From Acidiferrobacterales bacterium (lineage in GTDB: Bacteria; Pseudomonadota; Gammaproteobacteria; Acidiferrobacterales; SPGG2): DNA of 64,000 nucleotides. Shown one piece after another: positions 58,231 through 64,000 of this stretch. The stretch covers positions 19,431-83,430 of the forward strand of contig JBHICC010000002.1 of assembly GCA_046759385.1 (NCBI GenBank), read 5' to 3'. Numbering within the stretch: the stretch's first letter is position 1; each line of letters begins with the position of its first letter. The notes under the pieces were generated by a model. It made no database searches and was not told the DNA's origin. It worked only from the letters and a program-made list of their open reading frames with translations. The position numbers were made by a program, and so were the translations under genes.

Positions 58231-59328
58231 ATGACTCTCCCGCAGGCAATGCAGTCAGCCGCAGCGCCGAAGCGACCCCTCGGCACGGGCGCAGACGTGT
58301 TCGAGCAAGCCCTTGCGCAGGGCTTTGGCGATGTCCACTTTAAGGTCGATTCGACCACCGGCCTGGCAGCGATCATCGCAATTCACAATACACAGCTCGG
58401 ACCGGCATTGGGTGGATGTCGCTGTATTCCCTATCGCTCCGCTGAAGCCGCATTGTTTGACGCGATGCGACTTGCACGTGGCATGACTTATAAGGCCGCC
58501 ATCTCCGGTTTGGCCTCCGGTGGCGGCAAGGCGGTATTAATACGGCCACCGGAAATCAACGATCGCGAGGCCTATTTCGAAAGTTTTGGCCGCTTCGTCG
58601 ACCAACTCGGCGGACGTTACATCACCGCCGTCGATAGCGGCACAAGCGTATCGGACATGGATATCATAGCGCGCTGCACCAAGCATGTAGCCTGTACTTC
58701 AGAAAGTCGTGCCGGCACCGGCGACCCCTCGCCGCACACGGCGGTAGGCGTGCGCCGGGGGATCGAAGCGGCGGTGAAATTCAGGTTGAATAAAGACGAT
58801 CTCGACGGTGTGCACGTGGCGATACAGGGCGTCGGCCATGTCGGTTATTCACTCGCGAGAGACTTAGCTGGGCGCGGCGCGAAGCTTACTGTTAGCGACA
58901 TGAATCAGCGCGCCACCCAACGTTGCGCTGATGAGTTTGGTGCCGTTGTGGCGGCGCCAGAGCGGATCTACGACATACCAAGCGACGTGTTCGCGCCCTG
59001 TGCGTTGGGTGCGATCATCAACGACGATACTCTGCCACGGCTTAATACCCGCATCGTCGCCGGCGCGGCCAATAATCAGCTTGCCGAGGTCCGACATGGC
59101 GATGAGTTACACAAGCGTGGAATAGTGTACGCTCCAGATTATTTGGTTAATGCCGGCGGTATTATTCAGATCATCATCGAAGATGAATCCGAAATAAACG
59201 AGAAGATTCTAAATATTTATAATACGCTTGCGAGCATCTTGGAGCGATCAGCGGCAACAAACACCGCTCCCCATCGCGTCGCAGACATCATGGTCGACGC
59301 GATGCTATCGGGGCAGCGCTCATCTTGA
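58231..59328 (+). CDS. Leu/Phe/Val dehydrogenase (Glu/Leu/Phe/Val dehydrogenase family)
   Basis: LGPALGGCR, catalytic-Lys motif SGGGKAVLI, and NAD-binding IQGVGHVG. Directly upstream of the branched-chain keto-acid dehydrogenase genes. Confidence 0.85.
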   Translation: MTLPQAMQSAAAPKRPLGTGADVFEQALAQGFGDVHFKVDSTTGLAAIIAIHNTQLGPALGGCRCIPYRSAEAALFDAMRLARGMTYKAAISGLASGGGKAVLIRPPEINDREAYFESFGRFVDQLGGRYITAVDSGTSVSDMDIIARCTKHVACTSESRAGTGDPSPHTAVGVRRGIEAAVKFRLNKDDLDGVHVAIQGVGHVGYSLARDLAGRGAKLTVSDMNQRATQRCADEFGAVVAAPERIYDIPSDVFAPCALGAIINDDTLPRLNTRIVAGAANNQLAEVRHGDELHKRGIVYAPDYLVNAGGIIQIIIEDESEINEKILNIYNTLASILERSAATNTAPHRVADIMVDAMLSGQRSS

Positions 59329-59383
59329 GCTGACATAATTAACACCAATAACGAGCAATCCGCGTCTGGAAGGAAACAACGCG

Positions 59384-60532
59384 ATGACCCACATCGATAA
59401 AACGGCCGTTGGCCAACGGGTGCCAGATAGTGATGCACAGGCGACAGTGCCCGCAGGCGAATGCGTCGCGAGTTTCGAAATCCTCTACACACAGTTCCTT
59501 GACTCTACTTCGCAAGTAAAGGGCCCGCTCCCAGATTTTGCGCAAGATCCAAACAATCTGCTGTCGCTTTACCGTGCCATGGTGCGCACGCGCCTTTTCG
59601 ATAAAAAGGCGATCGCATTGCAGCGAACCGGACAGCTTGGCACATATGCTTCAGCATTAGGGCAGGAAGCCAGCTTTGTCGGGGTCGGCGCCGTAATGCA
59701 GCCCGAGGATGTGTTACTGCCGACCTACCGGGAGTGCGGCACGATGTTCGAGCGCGGCGTCAGTATGAAGGAACTGCTACTTTACTGGGGGGGTGACGAA
59801 CGTGGTATGGATTATGTTGGACCGCGCGAGGATTTCCCGATCTGTATCCCGATCGCGACCCATGTGGCGCACGCTGTCGGTGTGGCCTATGCGATCAAGC
59901 TAAGAGAGCAGCCACGTGTCGCGGTTTGTATGCTGGGTGACGGTGCCACGTCTAAGGGCGACTTTTATGAGGCGCTGAACCTCGCTGGCGTGTGGCAGCT
60001 CCCTGTGCTTTTCGTCGTATGTAATAACCAGTGGGCGATCTCGGTACCGCGAGTTGCCCAGACCTCCGCCGAGACCTTGGCGCAGAAAGCTATTGCCGCC
60101 GGGATCGAGGGCAAGCAAGTGGATGGCAACGATGTGATTGCGGTGCGCTACGCTGCCGAGCAAGCCATCGCGAAGGCGCGGCGTGGCGATGGCCCGTATC
60201 TTATCGAAGCCCTGAGTTATCGCATGGGTGATCACACCACGGCAGATGACGCCAGCCGCTATCGAACCGAAGCGGAGCTTAACGAGCAGTGGAAATTCGA
60301 CCCGATCAAACGGCTGCACGATTATCTGGTGGCAAACGGGCATTGGAGTGATGACGCGGAAAAGAAACTAAGTGAACAATGTAGTGCCGAGATTGACCAG
60401 GCAGTCAAGGAATATCTAGCGACACCCGCGCCGCCCCCGGAGGCCATGTTCGATTATCTCCATGAGACTCTGCCGACTGCCTTTGCGGAGCAACGTGAAC
60501 AAGCTCGTACCCGAGGACCACGTGGTGCCTGA
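59384..60532 (+). CDS. bkdA1: 2-oxoisovalerate (branched-chain alpha-keto acid) dehydrogenase E1 alpha
   Basis: TPP-binding motif GDGATSKGDFYEALNLAGVWQLPVLFVVCNNQWAIS. Confidence 0.85.
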   Translation: MTHIDKTAVGQRVPDSDAQATVPAGECVASFEILYTQFLDSTSQVKGPLPDFAQDPNNLLSLYRAMVRTRLFDKKAIALQRTGQLGTYASALGQEASFVGVGAVMQPEDVLLPTYRECGTMFERGVSMKELLLYWGGDERGMDYVGPREDFPICIPIATHVAHAVGVAYAIKLREQPRVAVCMLGDGATSKGDFYEALNLAGVWQLPVLFVVCNNQWAISVPRVAQTSAETLAQKAIAAGIEGKQVDGNDVIAVRYAAEQAIAKARRGDGPYLIEALSYRMGDHTTADDASRYRTEAELNEQWKFDPIKRLHDYLVANGHWSDDAEKKLSEQCSAEIDQAVKEYLATPAPPPEAMFDYLHETLPTAFAEQREQARTRGPRGA

Positions 60533-61505
60533 GGTCACCTTGGTCGAAGCGGTTAACCTGGCGTTGGCGCATGAGATGCAAGCGGATGGGGACGTGGTGG
60601 TATTAGGGGAGGATGTCGGCACTAACGGCGGGGTGTTCCGGGCCACGGTGGGTTTACAAGAGCGCTTCGGCAAAGCGCGCGTGATGGACACGCCGCTTGC
60701 CGAGGCATTGATCGCGGGCATGTCGATCGGCATGGCAGCTCAGGGGTTGCGGCCGGTGCCTGAGGTCCAGTTCATGGGGTTCATCTATCCCACAATTGAT
60801 CAGATGTTGAACCATGCCGCGCGTTTGCGCTACCGGACTCGCGGTCGGCTCACGTGCCCGATGGTGCTGCGCGCACCGTTCGGCGGCGGTATCCATGCCC
60901 CTGAGCATCATTCGGAAAGTACGGAATCGATGTTCGCGCACATCCCCGGTCTACGAGTGGTTATTCCTTCGTCACCTTCACGCGCTTACGGCCTGTTACT
61001 GGCGGCGATTCGCGATTCTGACCCGGTGGTCTTTCTTGAGCCCAAGCGTATCTATCGTCTGATTAAACAAGACGTCGAAGACAACGGCGAGGCGCTACCG
61101 CTGGATGTCTGTTTCGTGTTGCGGGAAGGAACGGACATTACGTTGGTAACTTGGGGTGCGATGACACACGAAACGACTCTGGCTGCGGAGCAACTTGCCA
61201 ATGAAGGGATCAGCGCGGAGGTAATCGATGTAGCGACGATTAAACCGCTAGACATGGAAACGATCCTTCAGTCGGTAGCGAAAACGGGACGCTGTGTGAT
61301 CATCCACGAAGCGGCGCGCACAGCGGGGATGGGCGCCGAGATTGCAGCACAGTTGGCGGAACGCGGTCTACTTAGTCTGTTCGCACCCGTACAGCGTGTC
61401 GCCGGCTATGATACGGTGATGCCGTTATACCGACTAGAAAAGGAGTACATGCCAGATACGGAGCGCATTATGGCGGCTGCGAAGCAAACGATGGAGATGA
61501 CATGA
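60522..61505 (+). CDS. bkdA2: 2-oxoisovalerate dehydrogenase E1 beta
   Basis: TLVEAVNLALAHEM..D..VVVLGEDVG..GGVFR.T.GL is a typical E1-beta N-terminus. GTG 60522 is chosen so the gene begins at the end of E1 alpha; the ORF track begins at 60462. Confidence 0.85.
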   Translation: MVPEVTLVEAVNLALAHEMQADGDVVVLGEDVGTNGGVFRATVGLQERFGKARVMDTPLAEALIAGMSIGMAAQGLRPVPEVQFMGFIYPTIDQMLNHAARLRYRTRGRLTCPMVLRAPFGGGIHAPEHHSESTESMFAHIPGLRVVIPSSPSRAYGLLLAAIRDSDPVVFLEPKRIYRLIKQDVEDNGEALPLDVCFVLREGTDITLVTWGAMTHETTLAAEQLANEGISAEVIDVATIKPLDMETILQSVAKTGRCVIIHEAARTAGMGAEIAAQLAERGLLSLFAPVQRVAGYDTVMPLYRLEKEYMPDTERIMAAAKQTMEMT

Positions 61506-62611
61506 GCATCTTCAAGCTACCTGATCTCGGTGAGGGCCTCCAAGAGGCGGAAATCCGAGAATGGCATGTGTCGGTGGGTGAAGAGGTTAAGGAAGATCAA
61601 CCGCTAGTCTCGGTTGAGACTGCGAAGGCCATTGTCGATATTCCCAGCCCTCGCAGCGGCCGTATCCAGAAGTTAAACGGCAGTCCGGGCGAGATCCTGC
61701 AAGTGGGTGATCCGCTGATCGAGTTCGAAGGTAAGACCAATGAGCAGCCGTCAGATAAGGGAACCGTCGTCGGTCGAGTCGAGGTCGGTAAGGAAGTTGT
61801 CACCGAGAAGCCGACAACGGCGGGCAAAGCTGTCGATGGCGTCAAGGCGGTGCCTGCGGTACGGGCGCTGGCCAAGAGACTGAACGTAGACATCTCCATC
61901 ATTAAACCGAGCGGCCCCGACGGGACAGTCACTGCTGCGGACGTCCAACGCGCAGCCAAGGTATTGGAAGACGTCGGGCCGATTGAGCCCCTACGGGGTG
62001 TGCGACGCGCAATGGCACGTAGTATGACGCAAGCTCATGACGAGGTCGCCGCCGTAACTGTTGTTGACGATGCAGATCTACACGCTTGGGAAGAAGGGCA
62101 AGATGTTACCTTACGACTCATTCGTGCGATCGTGGCCGGTTGCAAAGCGGAGCCGGCGCTCAATGCTTGGTACGACAGTCACGCAGTCGGGAGGCGTGTG
62201 ATCAAGAAGATCGATCTCGGTATTGCCGTCGACACCGAAGATGGTTTGTTCGTACCGGTATTGCATGACGTTGCGAACCGAGATCCGGCTGATTTGCGCA
62301 AGGGTTTGGAGTTACTCAAGCAAGATGTAAAGGCACGGACTGCACCGCCTGAAGAGCTGCGCGGTTATACCATCACACTCTCGAACTTCGGAACATTCGG
62401 CGGCCGTTACGCAGACCCGGTTGTCGTACCGCCGACGGTTGCAATTCTAGGCGCCGGCCGTGTACGCGATGAAGTGGTCGCTGTCGATGGTAAGCCGCAG
62501 GTCCACCGCGTCCTTCCGCTTTCTTTAAGCTTCGACCATCGCGCAGTTACTGGCGGAGAAGCGACCCGTTTTCTGATGGCGGTTATAAACGACCTGCGGT
62601 TGACCAGTTGA
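61502..62611 (+). CDS. bkdB: dihydrolipoamide acyltransferase E2 (branched-chain)
   Basis: Lipoyl domain with VETAKA, the E3-binding PAVRALAKRLNVDISI, and catalytic SFDHRAVTGGEA. ATGA overlap with E1 beta. Confidence 0.9.
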   Translation: MSIFKLPDLGEGLQEAEIREWHVSVGEEVKEDQPLVSVETAKAIVDIPSPRSGRIQKLNGSPGEILQVGDPLIEFEGKTNEQPSDKGTVVGRVEVGKEVVTEKPTTAGKAVDGVKAVPAVRALAKRLNVDISIIKPSGPDGTVTAADVQRAAKVLEDVGPIEPLRGVRRAMARSMTQAHDEVAAVTVVDDADLHAWEEGQDVTLRLIRAIVAGCKAEPALNAWYDSHAVGRRVIKKIDLGIAVDTEDGLFVPVLHDVANRDPADLRKGLELLKQDVKARTAPPEELRGYTITLSNFGTFGGRYADPVVVPPTVAILGAGRVRDEVVAVDGKPQVHRVLPLSLSFDHRAVTGGEATRFLMAVINDLRLTS

Positions 62612-62677
62612 CGCACACGTATCAGTCGAAGCACACCCGCGAAAGAGCAACCTCTCGTGTCAAGGCAGACAGCTGGC

Positions 62678-64000
62678 ATGCCCGTCATTAAGTCCAAGCT
62701 CGACACGTCATCAGGTCAGTTCGCCGACAACGCGGCGAACATGCAATCCTTGGTCAATGATCTCAAGGCACGTCTCGAAAGGGTAGCAGCAGCTGGACCC
62801 GCAAGCGCGCGCGAAAAGCATATGAAACGCGGCAAATTGTTGGCGCGCGATCGCATTAAGATCCTGGTCGACAAGAACAGTCCTTTCTTGGAGTTCTCGG
62901 CACTAGCTGCTAGTGGCATGTATAACGATGAGGTACCCAGCGCCGGCATTGTCACAGGCATCGGCCACGTCCATGGGCAAGAGGTCGTGATTGTCGCCAA
63001 TGACGCGACCGTAAAGGGAGGTACGTATTATCCGATCACAATCAAGAAACACCTACGTGCGCAAGAGATTGCCCGTGCGAACCGCCTACCCTGCATCTAT
63101 CTAGTCGATTCCGGTGGAGCGTTCTTGCCGCTTCAAGACGAGGTGTTCCCGGATCGCGATCACTTCGGGCGCATCTTCTATAACCAAGCAACCCTGTCAG
63201 CCAGACGCATCCCGCAGATCGCCGTTGTACTGGGCTCGTGTACGGCGGGGGGTGCATATGTACCGGCGATGGCAGATGAAACCATCATCGTGAAAAACCA
63301 GGGCACGATCTTTCTAGGCGGCCCGCCATTGGTCAAGGCCGCAACGGGCGAGGTTGTTAATGCAGAAGAACTCGGTGGAGGCGACGTGCACACGCGCATT
63401 TCCGGTGTTGCTGATTATCTCGTCGACGACGATGCTCACGCGCTGCGCACCGCCCGAGCGATTGTCGCCAATCTGAACTACGAAAAGAAGGGACGCCTAG
63501 ACCGGAGCCGTGCGGTCGAGCCCAAATATCCGGCAAAAGAGATCTACGGCATCATCCCGCGCGATGCACGGTATCAGTACGATGTGCGCGAGATCATCGC
63601 TCGCCTAGTGGACGGCTCGGAACTTCTAGAGTTCAAGGCGCGCTATGCTAAGACACTGGTTTGCGGGTTCTGTCGCATAGACGGCTATCCGGTCGGGCTT
63701 ATCGCTAACAATGGTATCCTGTTTTCAGAGTCGGCATTAAAAGCTACGCACTTCATACAACTGTGTGAGCAACGCGGCATACCGCTTGTATTCTTGCAAA
63801 ACATTGCCGGTTTTATGGTTGGCAAGAAGTTCGAGAATGAAGGCATATCGAAGGATGGCGCCAAGATGGTCACAGCAGTCGCGTGTGCCAAGGTGCCCAA
63901 GTTCACGGTGATCATGGGCGGGTCTTTCGGCGCCGGAAACTACGCGATGTGCGGGCGAGCCTACGAGCCACGACAGCTCTGGATGTGGCCGAACGCACGT
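62678..64000 (+). CDS. methylcrotonoyl-CoA carboxylase carboxyltransferase (beta) subunit, 5' part (runs off window)
   Basis: My own translation from ATG 62678 reads [33 protein letters not shown]...[25 protein letters not shown]...[44 protein letters not shown]...[12 protein letters not shown] and stays open to base 64000. It is absent from the ORF track because no stop lies in the window. Confidence 0.85.
   Translation, partial: MPVIKSKLDTSSGQFADNAANMQSLVNDLKARLERVAAAGPASAREKHMKRGKLLARDRIKILVDKNSPFLEFSALAASGMYNDEVPSAGIVTGIGHVHGQEVVIVANDATVKGGTYYPITIKKHLRAQEIARANRLPCIYLVDSGGAFLPLQDEVFPDRDHFGRIFYNQATLSARRIPQIAVVLGSCTAGGAYVPAMADETIIVKNQGTIFLGGPPLVKAATGEVVNAEELGGGDVHTRISGVADYLVDDDAHALRTARAIVANLNYEKKGRLDRSRAVEPKYPAKEIYGIIPRDARYQYDVREIIARLVDGSELLEFKARYAKTLVCGFCRIDGYPVGLIANNGILFSESALKATHFIQLCEQRGIPLVFLQNIAGFMVGKKFENEGISKDGAKMVTAVACAKVPKFTVIMGGSFGAGNYAMCGRAYEPRQLWMWPNAR

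Overview
GC-rich chromosomal segment with gammaproteobacterial synteny. I saw no rRNA, tRNA, CRISPR array, transposase, phage gene or integrase-bounded island. About 60 genes are tightly packed.

Layout, left to right:
- hemY-hemX-hemD-hemC, then algR and two tandem AlgZ/FimS-type kinases (minus strand), divergent from argH. This is the Pseudomonas-like arrangement.
- A small accessory stretch, then lon.
- lptM-lysA-(methyltransferase)-dapF-DUF484-xerC-lpxC.
- TetR, cfa, CYTH, CPBP, thioesterase and MscS genes.
- An orphan GspE-type ATPase.
- A twin Zn-alcohol-dehydrogenase + cupin operon with a TetR gene.
- An LplT-PlsC fusion, then rsmJ and rsmE.
- A 0.8 kb non-coding leader, prkA-yeaH-spoVR, and an EF-G paralogue.
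- exeA-exeB.
- An amino-acid catabolic supercluster: kynA-kynU, hppD-hmgA-fah-maiA, ldh-bkdA1A2B and the start of liu/mccB.

I cannot point to a clear-cut new multi-gene system. The most unusual signals are:
1. An EF-G paralogue lacking the catalytic switch-II histidine, sitting behind the PrkA module.
2. A heme-oxygenase-like diiron-type ORF at the tail of the homogentisate genes.
3. A sigma54-type promoter with palindromes in the long prkA leader.
4. A hairpin-rich, terminator-ended intergenic region between argH and the kinases (candidate sRNA).
5. A 12-bp inverted motif bracketing the EF-G gene.
6. A G10 tract in an exported ureohydrolase.
7. Apparent 5' frame disruptions in both rsmJ and rsmE.

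All family assignments come from reading motifs by eye and from remembered sequences. No database search was run.
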